A stretch of 64,000 bases of DNA from a virus, in the IMG/VR virus record IMGVR_UViG_3300025425_000009, positions 11,658 through 75,657 of that record; one strand, written 5' to 3'. The notes beneath the pieces were generated by a model. The model worked only from the letters and a program-made list of their open reading frames with translations, made no database searches and was not told where the DNA came from. The position numbers and the translations under genes are program-made. Positions 53,403-63,623 of this stretch are shown here, in pieces; within the stretch, counting starts at the first letter, position 1; every line of letters begins with the position of its first letter.

Positions 53403-55553
53403 TTATTGTACACTACTAAGGATTGATGGAGCAAGTACACATCTGCAATTATATTCAGACGGTGCAAGGAGCCCGTTTGTAAATAGTGCATTGACACCTA
53501 CTATCTCTCCACCTACGCCTACCGGTGCATCCCTATGTGCCTGTCTTGTTCTGTCATCATCTGTGTTGATCCATTCCTTGCCTTGCACAATATCTGATTG
53601 CTGGAACTGTGATAGTGCACCTCTGTTGTTTGCATAGGTTGCTTCAGTCCTTGCAATAAGCTGTGCCCTCGACTTGGGTATATCTCCGTATACCTCTTGT
53701 ACCCTTTCCGTTAGTGCACCGATTCCGTCCCCTTGATTGATTCCTTGTGTAAGTGTGCTTGTCAACATTGAGAATGTCGTGTCTGTTACAGACTGTGCAA
53801 AGAATACTGATCTTGCTTCCATCAGTTCAGCCAGCTGAGGTGTCATGTCATATGCCTCACTTGTTAGTGCAGCTGCATCGTCAGCACCTAGTTCAGCGTA
53901 TTCACTAAGGAACGGCAATGCAATTGCTGACCACAGCTTAACCTCCGCTGTCTTGTTTAAGACAGAGTTAACATCACTGTGGTTCAGTTTGTTATGCACT
54001 CCTTTATTATTAGTAGAGTCCAGCTTAGTCAATGCCTTGATCACCCTCTGTTCTTGCAGCGCTGCTTCACGAACAACCTCCTTCTCAAAGATAGCTGCAC
54101 GTTTATCTACACGTTTGTTGACCATATTATAGTAGTCTGTCTTAGATTTACGATCTGGTAGCACAGACACAAGGGATTTATCTAGATTAGTCGGTGTGCT
54201 CTTTTTTTTTCCCTTGGCTGTTGCAATTGCCTTCATCGCCACAGCTACCTCAGATGATGCTGTCTCCAGCAATTCAAATTTGGTTCGTAGGAGTGGTCGG
54301 CCTTGTAGAAGTTTAAGTGCAGTGGACTTTACCCTAGGATCAGTCTTAAAGGTAAGTGATTTAGCAGGATCCACCTCTGTTGCGTCAGCACCTTCAGCTA
54401 TAACGTCGCCACCTTCAATTTCAGGTAGGTCATGTTCAGAACGTATCTCGTTGATAGTTGCCCATTTACCATGTGCTGCAATAGAGTCGGCTCTTAGTGA
54501 TTCACGGTCAGATGGAGTAGGATCATCGTATGTAATAAAGAATTGATCTCCGAAGTCTGGTCGTATTAGGAATTCGTTTAGTACTTCCACCAATTGACTC
54601 ATTTCAGGCACCACTGTTTCAGAAAGGAAGATCATCATACCGGTTTGTGCATTGGCAAAGTTAACGTCATCTGTTGTGATAACTGACTTAGGTACACCGA
54701 GTGCTACAAGAATGTCATCCCTTGTGAACTTCATTGATTCGATGTAATCCATTTCCCTTTGTGATATAGATACCTGTTGGTATTTCATACCTCCTTCCAG
54801 TATACCAATCTTTGATGACTCATCCTTTTTATGCTTCTCGTCCCATGCAGATGTCATCTGTGTACGTTGCTCTGTATCTAGTTGCTGCTCTGTTACTAGG
54901 AGTGCATCAGGTCTTGCGTTGTTATTGAAGAAGTTGCGCTGGAATTCAGATGCAAGTTTCTCTGTCTCTATACGTGTTTTGGATGCAACCAACGGTGACA
55001 TACCTCTGAATGGGTTAAGTGGGTCCGGATCTTTAAAGTGGATCACATCTTCAGGTGCAAATATCTCAACCTTACCGTTTGATTTAGCAAGTTCATAGTG
55101 ACTAACATATGTCACTGGGTCAGATACAACAGTCATAAGGTCAGGTCGGAGGTTCCATAGTTCAATGACTTGGCCTCGAGCGTTACGTGTTTTAAGCCAG
55201 AAAGCCTCTCCTGTTAGCTTCTTGTTGATCCATGCTGTTTTAAGGAACTCTGTCCTTGTCTGGAACGGGTTGATCTTAACAAGGAGGTCAAGAATCTCAT
55301 GATTCAGCACCTCTTCTGCGTCACCTGCTTTGTTCTTAATTTTGTATAGGCGTAAGTCAACAGCTGCAACCTTAGTTGCAACCTTGTTGACAGCTGCATA
55401 AATGTAGAGTGATTTACCGTACTGCTCCATTTGGTTGTTAACATTCCAACTCGAAGAAGTAATACCAGCAAAGATGTGAGACAGCTCATCAATAATCACT
55501 GATTTTTCTGAGGTGCCTCCGGAGTTAAATAGTTTTTTGTAGTTGAATTTCAT
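53403..55553 (-). CDS. Portal protein fused to a MuF (minor head) domain
   Basis: HK97 portal motifs (GEAF, IHFK, GMSPL, LGVP) followed by IARTE, KEW..DDRTR..H, NCRC. Confidence 0.88.
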   Translation of the reverse strand: MKFNYKKLFNSGGTSEKSVIIDELSHIFAGITSSSWNVNNQMEQYGKSLYIYAAVNKVATKVAAVDLRLYKIKNKAGDAEEVLNHEILDLLVKINPFQTRTEFLKTAWINKKLTGEAFWLKTRNARGQVIELWNLRPDLMTVVSDPVTYVSHYELAKSNGKVEIFAPEDVIHFKDPDPLNPFRGMSPLVASKTRIETEKLASEFQRNFFNNNARPDALLVTEQQLDTEQRTQMTSAWDEKHKKDESSKIGILEGGMKYQQVSISQREMDYIESMKFTRDDILVALGVPKSVITTDDVNFANAQTGMMIFLSETVVPEMSQLVEVLNEFLIRPDFGDQFFITYDDPTPSDRESLRADSIAAHGKWATINEIRSEHDLPEIEGGDVIAEGADATEVDPAKSLTFKTDPRVKSTALKLLQGRPLLRTKFELLETASSEVAVAMKAIATAKGKKKSTPTNLDKSLVSVLPDRKSKTDYYNMVNKRVDKRAAIFEKEVVREAALQEQRVIKALTKLDSTNNKGVHNKLNHSDVNSVLNKTAEVKLWSAIALPFLSEYAELGADDAAALTSEAYDMTPQLAELMEARSVFFAQSVTDTTFSMLTSTLTQGINQGDGIGALTERVQEVYGDIPKSRAQLIARTEATYANNRGALSQFQQSDIVQGKEWINTDDDRTRQAHRDAPVGVGGEIVGVNALFTNGLLAPSEYNCRCVLAPSILSSVQ

Positions 55554-55729
55554 TAGGCAATTGTTTTCCACAGAGTTAGTGATAATAGGCCGAGAATGAT
55601 CAGTTTGATTGAAATAATGATCGGGAGTAAGCAAACACCTATAATTACAAGGCCTGTGCCTCCTAAGTTCAGCATGTTTGCAAGTATCTCAACTGTATTT
55701 GTTTTAAGTGTATTGATGAGTGCTTTCAT
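55553..55729 (-). CDS. 58-aa two-TM protein (absent from the ORF track)
   Basis: TAATG coupling to the portal gene; TGTTATAAT upstream. Confidence 0.55.
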   Translation of the reverse strand: MKALINTLKTNTVEILANMLNLGGTGLVIIGVCLLPIIISIKLIILGLLSLTLWKTIA

Positions 55730-55762
55730 ATATTGATAATTATAACATCAAGTAGGTAACGA

Positions 55763-56040
55763 TGTATGAGTGTAGCATTCTTAGGACATTTGCCGACATT
55801 GACACATGCTGTAGATGTGGTCAGTTGGTGGAGTATAGCGTTCTCCATACATTATCCACCTATCCTATAATAGGTAAATGTATAGCATTATATGAGTATA
55901 GCGCTCTGCATACATATTCCACATACATCTCACATATAAATGTATTGCAATGTATGAGTATTGACTCTGCTGGACATGGAGTACATTCCGTCAGCATAGC
56001 AGTGGTGGCTCAATGTATGAGTGGTGCACTCCCTATACAA
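55763..56040. repeat. five degenerate ~27-bp dyad repeats with 62-63-bp period
   Basis: core GAGT at 55768, 55831, 55894, 55956 and 56019. Confidence 0.72.
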
Positions 56041-57394
56041 ATGTCAACTTAGCATGCGGTATATACGTGAACGCCATCCTCATGATTAGACAATCAAGAA
56101 TATCCGGTGATCTACCAAGTGCGGCTTTCATATTGTCCTTTGATACAATGGCATTCTTTCCGTCCTTGTCAATGTCCTTAGCCTTCAGCTGTTCAAGCTC
56201 CGCAATAAGTCCTGCCCTCATATCACCACTGTCTATTTCAACTCGCATTGCTTTGGTGTTGACCTGTTTAGCCAGAGCGTATGCACATTGTGATTTAAGG
56301 TTTGTATAGTTCTCTGATCCGTTGGCTCTAGTGTTTGCCACGAACCCCTTGATACCATAGAGTGAATCCTTCACACCTCCTCCAATTCCGTCCTCATCGA
56401 CAATCACCCTTGATGAAGGTATCGAATACTGTGTCATGAATTGACGGAGAAGACCAACTGTGGTAGGAATTGATGTCTTAGCATATGAATGCACTCCTAC
56501 ACACACCCATTCCTTCCATATTGTTATTACAGTCCTGTCGGCCCCGAATCGGGCTACATCGCATGATATATAGAACTTAGGGTCTGGTCTAGAAGGGTCT
56601 TCAATGTCCTGCTCAAGTTGATTAGTAAATAGATCTGTTAGCGAGTCGAAGTCCATGAGTGCTGAGGGGTCATCATCATATTCCCAGTTACCTTTCAACA
56701 GACGTTCTCGTGATACCTTGTCAAGGGTGTTCAGTGTCTTAATGTATTCCTTAGACAAGAATGGGTTGTCACTAACCTTTGCAATGATGAACTTCTTGAT
56801 GTCAGGCAGTGTGCCATCTCTGTCTGCCTTGTAGAACTCGCCATATAAAAAGTTCTTTGTAGGGTTACATGTCATTAGCATCTTGGGTATCAGTCCGAAT
56901 TGATCCAGCTTATACCGGAGTCTGGACTTGACAACGTTCTTACATTTTTCACGTATCTGACTTGCCTCATCAATAAATGCACCTGTATACTCCGTTGATC
57001 CTAGTGCATCATACTCTGGGTCAGAAGGGTAATGGGCGAGATCTTTTAGATATATGTCTGATCCAGTCTGCGGAAACGATATCACTCCTTCCTGTGCGTT
57101 ATATACATAGTCCTGTCCTTTTTCTAGTCCCCACATCTTGCAAACATCAAAGAAGGTGAGGAGTGTAGACTGCTTCAATTGCTTTAGAACAGCTCGTCCC
57201 ATAAGCCATCTTGACCCTGGAAACGTATGGCAATTGATAATGAGCCATGCACATCCAAGAAATGATTTTGCACCGCCAGCAGCACCTCCATAAAGAAGCT
57301 CAGTTGTTTCTTCGTCGTTGAGGTAGTAAAAAGCTAATTGCTGTTTGTCAGTAGCTTGCCATTTGATTGTTCTTTCGGTGTTAGTCTGATTCAT
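56033..57394 (-). CDS. terL: terminase large subunit
   Basis: YGGAAGGAKS, FIDEA, TCNP, CDVARFG.D, SPDILD. Confidence 0.93.
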   Translation of the reverse strand: MNQTNTERTIKWQATDKQQLAFYYLNDEETTELLYGGAAGGAKSFLGCAWLIINCHTFPGSRWLMGRAVLKQLKQSTLLTFFDVCKMWGLEKGQDYVYNAQEGVISFPQTGSDIYLKDLAHYPSDPEYDALGSTEYTGAFIDEASQIREKCKNVVKSRLRYKLDQFGLIPKMLMTCNPTKNFLYGEFYKADRDGTLPDIKKFIIAKVSDNPFLSKEYIKTLNTLDKVSRERLLKGNWEYDDDPSALMDFDSLTDLFTNQLEQDIEDPSRPDPKFYISCDVARFGADRTVITIWKEWVCVGVHSYAKTSIPTTVGLLRQFMTQYSIPSSRVIVDEDGIGGGVKDSLYGIKGFVANTRANGSENYTNLKSQCAYALAKQVNTKAMRVEIDSGDMRAGLIAELEQLKAKDIDKDGKNAIVSKDNMKAALGRSPDILDCLIMRMAFTYIPHAKLTFV

Positions 57395-57869
57395 CTGTTT
57401 CTATATCGGTTACATTAACAGGCATGATTTCAATACGTGCAACGGGATTTATAATCTCCACATTATGGTTTGTTGTTATACGGTCTTTTAGTTTATTGTA
57501 TTCACGGATGGCGCCAAGTTTTGCGTTGAAATCAGATGATTGGTCTATAAGGAATAGGAGCTGCTTGTCTACGTGGGTGTCATTTAAACCGGCAGACTGG
57601 AGTAATGCGTTCAGCCTGTTTGTTATTTCCTTTTTGTTAAGTAGTGTGCCTGTCCTACTCTTGGCTCGCCTATACTCGTGGGGGTCTGAGATGTCTATGT
57701 CAAAAGCAGCGGAGTAGGATTGTACGCCGTTTCCAAAAAACTCAGTGGGTGATGTGTAGTACTGGCAGAACATTTCTTCTTGCAGGTTGATGTCATACTT
57801 CTTTAGTATATCCATTGGTTGCATGGTCCGTTTGCCTGAAGGAGTCTTGTTGTTTAGCGGTATTTGCAT
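57381..57869 (-). CDS. terS: terminase small subunit
   Basis: FCQYY..GNGVQSY HTH-like region; upstream of terL. Confidence 0.75.
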   Translation of the reverse strand: MQIPLNNKTPSGKRTMQPMDILKKYDINLQEEMFCQYYTSPTEFFGNGVQSYSAAFDIDISDPHEYRRAKSRTGTLLNKKEITNRLNALLQSAGLNDTHVDKQLLFLIDQSSDFNAKLGAIREYNKLKDRITTNHNVEIINPVARIEIMPVNVTDIETDESD

Positions 57870-58220
57870 AAAATGTTTGTTTTGTTAGTCATACATCAAT
57901 TATAACAACAAACGAGCGTTACGCGTAAAGCTGACTTGTAGGGATGCGGATCGGTTGCACTTTGGTTATATAGGGTTTGTTTCTTGACCTATAGCCAGTA
58001 AAGGTCTAGAGTATATGAGGTGGACCAGGATGCGCCCATCTCAGAGTGTTTCTGCATAGGGGCGTCGTAAGGCAGATTTCACTAGATCAAGCTGTTCTAT
58101 GGCTGTGTGTGAGGCTGTGCTACTACTTTTGAGCACTATTTAGGTATACTAAGGCATAGAAAAACACACCCCTTCACTAGAGTGTGTTAATCCTGATATA
58201 AGCTTTACAGAAAGGAGATG

Positions 58221-58608
58221 CTATTTTTTAGCAGCCTCCCCTGTTTTCTTGTTCTTTTTACCAAACAGCCCTTGTAGTTTTGTGTTTGGCGCTTCTTCCT
58301 TAGGTGCAGGTTCTTCTTCAACTTCTTCTGTAACTTCTTCTTCTGCTTCTACTTGTTTTTCTGAGTCCTTTGACTGAGTGTCAGTAGCTTTAGGCGCTTC
58401 AACTGGTTCTTCAGTTTCAACAGCAGGTGGGTTTAGATCAGCAGTGGTAAGTCCTACTCGTTCCTCCTCTGCATCTACTGGTTCAGTGTAACCTTTTTCT
58501 TGTGCATACTTCTTACCTGCGTTAGTGTTTGCGTAAGCTTCAGGTACAACTTCACCTACGTTAAATGTTCGTCCGTTTGCTTCAAATGTTTTGTATGCGT
58601 ATTTCATA
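58221..58608 (-). CDS. acidic low-complexity hypothetical protein
   Basis: start taken at MKYAY. Confidence 0.6.
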
Positions 58609-58617
58609 TAATAATTG

Positions 58618-58974
58618 TTATTTTGACTTGTTGTCAATGTTGATTAGTAAGCTTGATATCTTGTTGTCTTTGCACAATGTGACAAGTGTTGAGTACAACG
58701 TTTCCACTAAGATCAGTTCCTTCACATTGTCTGCATCGTTGCCTTCAAATGAAACCTGAATTGTGTTCCCTGAGTCTGATGCGCCCACAGGAAGGTGGTG
58801 TGGTTCAGATTGGGATGAGGTGTCTGGTATCTGTGTACCAGCAGTTGAGGCATTCGGTGTAGAATGGAGCAACTTATCTATCTCGTCAATCCTTCCAGTT
58901 AGGTCTTTTCTGAGCTGCTTATTCTCCTTTGCCATCTTGACAATAAGTTCTCTGTCCTTTTTAGTAAGTGCCAT
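58618..58974 (-). CDS. hypothetical protein
   Basis: ORF. Confidence 0.55.
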   Translation of the reverse strand: MALTKKDRELIVKMAKENKQLRKDLTGRIDEIDKLLHSTPNASTAGTQIPDTSSQSEPHHLPVGASDSGNTIQVSFEGNDADNVKELILVETLYSTLVTLCKDNKISSLLINIDNKSK

Positions 58975-59154
58975 ACATCCATTATAACTTATGTCTTTTC
59001 AGAAATAAACACCTTAAGTGTTTTCCCTCCGTCCTGAATGTCCATGGCCACGTTGCCACACTTGTACTTGACAAATGCCCTCCCGAAAGAAGGGTCGTCA
59101 TCCTGATGGTTAATCACCTCCACCCTTGTCACTTTTGTTAAATCATGTGCCATG

Positions 59155-59781
59155 TTAGAAATCTTTACACTTAATTTTAGTAATCACTCTCTCACCGTGG
59201 CTGTTTGTCATGTGTACCTTAGGCCTTGCTATAACACCTTCAGACATGAAGTCGCCAAAGTAGGAGTTAAAGCCAGCTTTGCATAACTCTGTTGCTTCGT
59301 GTAGCGTCATATCTGGTAGTTGAGGGACTACTTCCAAGCCAAGGGCTGATGCTACCTCGTTTCGTTTGCTGCGTTCTAAGTAGTGCTGCCTAATTTTGAT
59401 GTCAAACACAATAAAGCTCTTATCTTTTCTGTAGTTTCCACCACCTTTCTGTATGCCAGGGCCATAGCCTTCTCCGTATATGCATACCTCAGCAGACTCC
59501 GTAGGTGCAAAAGTGGATTGGAATTTCTGCAAATCACATAGTGCAGATACGTTTGTTATTAGGTCTGGATGCAGTTGGGAGGTCGGACCTTTTCCTGCAA
59601 CTGTAACTGATGAGCCGTCCCACATTACCCTCATGTTAGTGCCATCTATTTTCTCGTCAATATGCCATTTAAGGTCTTGCATATACTCAAACTCTGGCTT
59701 TGACCAAGTACCAACAAACACCTTTCTCATGTTATGAGGGTCTCTTATGTATGCACTTTTGATTTTGTGATATTTTAGCAT
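59155..59781 (-). CDS. ATP-dependent RNA ligase (Rnl2-like adenylyltransferase domain)
   Basis: YHKI, EKIDGTN, YGEGYG..IQ, VFDI, EGVI, KIK. Confidence 0.88.
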   Translation of the reverse strand: MLKYHKIKSAYIRDPHNMRKVFVGTWSKPEFEYMQDLKWHIDEKIDGTNMRVMWDGSSVTVAGKGPTSQLHPDLITNVSALCDLQKFQSTFAPTESAEVCIYGEGYGPGIQKGGGNYRKDKSFIVFDIKIRQHYLERSKRNEVASALGLEVVPQLPDMTLHEATELCKAGFNSYFGDFMSEGVIARPKVHMTNSHGERVITKIKCKDF

Positions 59782-59794
59782 ATGCTATGTATTG

Positions 59795-60190
59795 TTATTG
59801 AGATCTCGGTGATACAAGATCAGTCAGTTTGGACTCTGTGGACAGGTCATTCACAAATATCAAATCGTTAGTTATGACCTGCACTGGCACCCAGGTGCCG
59901 TTGTAATTGACAAATGTGATTGCATAATCTATATTTGTGCTGTCTGGCACCTCAACGAGTCCTTCAACCTTGGAAAATTCGAATAGCTTGCTTACAGAAC
60001 CGTCCTTTACAATTGTTGCAAAATCTATATCTGAGTAATTCTCAATTTGCTTGACTGCCTGTTTGGTGAGGTCAGGTACCTGCAGAATGTCCACATATGT
60101 GGTTACTGGAGATAGTAGTGAACTTAGGAATATTGCTAATGCTATTGTTGCCAGCACTAGTGTGATGGACAAGGAAAGTTTGTTTTTCAT
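59795..60190 (-). CDS. membrane-anchored hypothetical protein
   Basis: N-terminal TM; apparently leaderless behind a boxed promoter (60197-60243). Confidence 0.6.
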   Translation of the reverse strand: MKNKLSLSITLVLATIALAIFLSSLLSPVTTYVDILQVPDLTKQAVKQIENYSDIDFATIVKDGSVSKLFEFSKVEGLVEVPDSTNIDYAITFVNYNGTWVPVQVITNDLIFVNDLSTESKLTDLVSPRSQ

Positions 60191-60310
60191 GTGTAGATAT
60201 TATCATGTACTCTGACTTTGTAAACAGCCAACATGTTAACAACTTCTGGTACATCTCTGAAGCAGTCTGGTACTAACACCGCAAAAGGCTATGAGATGCT
60301 CAACTTTCGT

Positions 60311-60402
60311 AAAATAATATTTATGTTTTTATGTATTTTTTTGAGTATTCTAGCTAGAGTAACTTGTTACTCTAGTTTATATAAAAATATAAATATTATT
60401 TT
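60311..60402. repeat. AT-rich inverted repeat with an inner palindrome
   Basis: 25-nt arms; CTAGAGTAAC-TT-GTTACTCTAG. Confidence 0.7.
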
Positions 60403-60882
60403 ATATATCCCGTACACGCTAGTACACGGGCTGGTAGAAATAGTTTGCACAAAAAACAAATTGGGTGTGTCTGCATATTAGTTGGCGCAACTGCCATGCC
60501 TATGTCCAGAAGTGCACTGTCATAAATGTAACAGATTGCAACTGTACGAGACCAGCGTTTGCAGTGTGTCTCTGTGATCAATCCTGTCATCTTTGACTGT
60601 TTTGATAGAACTAGGCCTGCTCATAGTTTAGCTTGGCATGAAGACAGCAAGAGCTGCTACACATGCAGTAGATGTCAATGCACCTAGACAGCAGTGTGTT
60701 GAAATTAGTCCAGACAGTGCCACTAACGCAAGGTGAGCAAACTGCATCAGGCGTACTTGACATGGTACTGCTTGACCTGTCGGATTGCGCACTCAGGCAT
60801 TGGCTAGGTTACCACTGTGAATGACAGCATGACTATCACCAGGGTGCCTTACTTAAGATGCGTGTGTAAAAAAAGATGAGCG

Positions 60883-60977
60883 GTTTACTTTCCCCAGAGT
60901 TGTTACATACTGCATGCAGGCCTTTACATAGTTGACCACTGTGATATTATATATATATCAAGGAAAGGAAAACTTGA
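60883..60977 (+). promoter_or_regulatory. early promoter repeat, copy 1
   Basis: TTTACA-TAGTTGACCACTGTGA-TATTAT, then TCAAG/CTTGA hairpin. Confidence 0.8.
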
Positions 60978-61009
60978 CACTACATACCAACTTAACATAA
61001 AACATTAAA

Positions 61010-61198
61010 ATGACTAATTCAAATCAAAGAGAGTACGCACAAGGCAACGATAACAGATGGTACTACAGGGATCAAGAGACACAGGCAAGTGGAACAACAT
61101 ATACAAACTATTTCATGCAGGCTGACGCAGGAAGAAGTTGGGACGCCGGATCGTACTATTCAACTACAGAAGAACAGTACAGCCAGGCAACAGCGTAG
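61010..61198 (+). CDS. early hypothetical protein
   Basis: behind repeat promoter copy 1. Confidence 0.6.
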   Translation: MTNSNQREYAQGNDNRWYYRDQETQASGTTYTNYFMQADAGRSWDAGSYYSTTEEQYSQATA

Positions 61199-61200
61199 CA

Positions 61201-61295
61201 GTTTACTTTCTCTAGAGTTGTATCATGCTGATAATATACCTGTACATAGTTGACCACTGTGATATTATATATATATCAAGGAAAGGAAAACTTGA
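61201..61295 (+). promoter_or_regulatory. early promoter repeat, copy 2
   Basis: near-identical core to copy 1. Confidence 0.8.
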
Positions 61296-61511
61296 TCAAC
61301 TTACATATAACTAATTAAAATATGACTATCGAAGAAAAAATACAAATTGCAAAAGAGTTAATCATTAAGATCAGGAAGCAGAGTAAAGATTTTCAATCGT
61401 TTGAAAAAAATGTAAAAAAAGATGCACACATCAAACTACTCGTACCAGCACGGATCACAAGAATGCTTATTCAGGCCCAGGCACATCTAATAGACTAATT
61501 CATAACACTAT

Positions 61512-61739
61512 ATGAAAACACTCACAGAAACCCTCAATACATTGAGGCGAAGCAATAAAAACAACTGGTACACATTTGTGGGAACTATAGACGGTAAAAC
61601 GATCAGGGCGAAAGGGTACGGAACTTGGCTACAAGTGCTTGACGTAGACGGTATCAAGCATGGAAGCACTATGGACTTGAACGTGACACAGTTTAAGAGC
61701 CACATAGATAAAGCTATGGAATATCATAATACTAACTAA
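61512..61739 (+). CDS. early hypothetical protein
   Basis: A-rich leader. Confidence 0.6.
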   Translation: MKTLTETLNTLRRSNKNNWYTFVGTIDGKTIRAKGYGTWLQVLDVDGIKHGSTMDLNVTQFKSHIDKAMEYHNTN

Positions 61740-61740
61740 T

Positions 61741-61926
61741 ATGCAAACACTAGGCCAAATAAACAAAGAGTACGAAGAATCAACAGACGAGGCTTGGGCA
61801 ACATACGTAAACGATTGTGCTGCTGCCTTAGCCAATTACAAGAAAGTTCAAATGCCTCAACTAGCGAAAAGAAACAGACGTATTAAAGCGCAGCAGGATG
61901 CTCAGTCTCGTAAGACCCTTGAATAA
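61741..61926 (+). CDS. early hypothetical protein
   Basis: packed ORF. Confidence 0.55.
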   Translation: MQTLGQINKEYEESTDEAWATYVNDCAAALANYKKVQMPQLAKRNRRIKAQQDAQSRKTLE

Positions 61927-61976
61927 AGGGTCATGCTGAATGCACAAGTACATATTATTATATAACGAAAACTACA

Positions 61977-62174
61977 ATGAAAACACTTCACCCAGCAGAT
62001 AAGACCATCGTGATTAAGTTTATAGATTATACACGGTTGAGACGAAAGGAAAACATCATGCTTGAAATTGATGCAAGAGCAGTAGCAGATCATCTCAAAA
62101 TAGAGACTGATGTGAAAAATTATAAAATTGCCAACCGGTTTGCAGAGCTACTGGAGCAAGGAGTTATTGCTTAA
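61977..62174 (+). CDS. early hypothetical protein
   Basis: A-rich leader. Confidence 0.55.
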   Translation: MKTLHPADKTIVIKFIDYTRLRRKENIMLEIDARAVADHLKIETDVKNYKIANRFAELLEQGVIA

Positions 62175-62337
62175 CCTGTTACACCATGTATACATCAACA
62201 AAGGACGCACAGGAGGCAATACTCAAGGTACAGCTTAAGAAAATGCATGGGGCAAAGTTGTGCAACCACATTTACAGGTGCTATAGCAACAGCCGAGCGA
62301 GACTGTGTTTACTATGCAGTCATAGAACAAAGGACTA

Positions 62338-62433
62338 GTTTACTTTCTCCAGATCTGTTACATGCAGCATGCAAGCCTTTACATAGTTGACCACTGTGAT
62401 ATTATATATATATCAAGGAAAGGAAAAACTTGA
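62338..62433 (+). promoter_or_regulatory. early promoter repeat, copy 3
   Basis: near-identical core to copy 1. Confidence 0.8.
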
Positions 62434-62615
62434 TCTTACATCTAACATACATATACTATGAAAACCTCACTGCACCTGTTTATTAAAAAGTTTGGACACA
62501 CGGATGGCTCTGCTTTTTATAAGACTGCAAGTCTAGAGTACAAGCGTTACATTGTAGAAACAGCATAACCGCTATCAAGCGCCAACCTATTACAACTAAG
62601 AAACACACATACAAT

Positions 62616-62870
62616 ATGAAAATCACAGAAACAGTTTACAGTGAAGCTTTACAAGCAGAGAATCATGATCAGCAGAGTTATTCAATAGCAGTCGACGGTG
62701 TTGAACAAATCACTGCCCAAGACGGTGGAGAGCCAGAAGACAATATGTTAGGACGAGATCTTAACTTTGTATATGACATTGTAGGTCTCATGAAGCGAGC
62801 TTATGATGCAGGTAAAAAAGGAGAAGAGTTTGAAGTAACGACCACAGAGCTTACTAATTTAGATTCATAA
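62616..62870 (+). CDS. acidic hypothetical phage protein
   Basis: EPEDN..GRD, AYDAGK. Confidence 0.65.
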   Translation: MKITETVYSEALQAENHDQQSYSIAVDGVEQITAQDGGEPEDNMLGRDLNFVYDIVGLMKRAYDAGKKGEEFEVTTTELTNLDS

Positions 62871-62872
62871 TT

Positions 62873-63097
62873 ATGTTAATGCAGCACATCGATGATGTAG
62901 AACTCAAGGAAGGGGATGTAGTTAAGGTTAGGCGACATGGAACTGACTCTCTTGGTAGGGTGAACAAGGCAATGCTCGGTAGAATTGTAGATCACAGAGG
63001 TGTACTTCACTGGGTTAAGCGAAACCGTTCTACCCAAGGGTTCAACCTTGCTCTTAACTCAGCAAGAGCTTATTCATACCAGATAATCAACGACTAA
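62873..63097 (+). CDS. hypothetical protein
   Basis: packed ORF. Confidence 0.5.
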   Translation: MLMQHIDDVELKEGDVVKVRRHGTDSLGRVNKAMLGRIVDHRGVLHWVKRNRSTQGFNLALNSARAYSYQIIND

Positions 63098-63291
63098 TGA
63101 GAAACAGCATAACGACGGACACCTCAGAAATGTTTCGTAAGTACCTGGCCAAGGAAGGTATCACTGTGGCACAACTGTCTTTTAACGAAGACTATAACAG
63201 GCATGTATTCAAGGTAGAGTTGCATGGTAGGCAGTACTACAGGTTTATTTCTATCTGCCATGAGAAAGAAGCTTATAAGTTGTCACACTAG
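63097..63291 (+). CDS. hypothetical protein
   Basis: TAATG coupling. Confidence 0.5.
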   Translation: MRNSITTDTSEMFRKYLAKEGITVAQLSFNEDYNRHVFKVELHGRQYYRFISICHEKEAYKLSH

Positions 63292-63314
63292 TTGACACAT
63301 AAACAGTAATCAAC

Positions 63315-63623
63315 ATGAACCACGTAAGACAAACACAAAACAGAGGAGAAGCAACAGAGCGCATTAAGAAGGCAGGCCAGCGCCTGCTTGACATGGACAT
63401 CACAACAAAGGAGCTTAGGCTGATGGTGTACCTTGACTATCTTTGGGTTAACAGTGCAACACTGGATCCAGTAAAAATCAGCAAAGAAGAAAAAATGCTG
63501 TTCTCCACATGGAAAGCTGCCGGCTATGTGACTGGAGGTGCATCAGACAACGTAAAACCAAGCAAGCTATTTTATAATGCTTGCAAAGAACTCATTTATC
63601 TAGGGTATGTAGATCTTTGCTAA
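63315..63623 (+). CDS. hypothetical phage protein
   Basis: QNRG..ELRLMVY..YLGYVD. Confidence 0.65.
   Translation: MNHVRQTQNRGEATERIKKAGQRLLDMDITTKELRLMVYLDYLWVNSATLDPVKISKEEKMLFSTWKAAGYVTGGASDNVKPSKLFYNACKELIYLGYVDLC

Noticed and set aside
55763-56040. Bona fide CRISPR array
   Set aside because: The repeats are too degenerate and no cas genes are present; kept as an unexplained array.
34371-58987. Many + strand ORFs within the structural arm, and - strand ORFs within the replication arm
   Set aside because: They are antisense shadows of well-supported genes.
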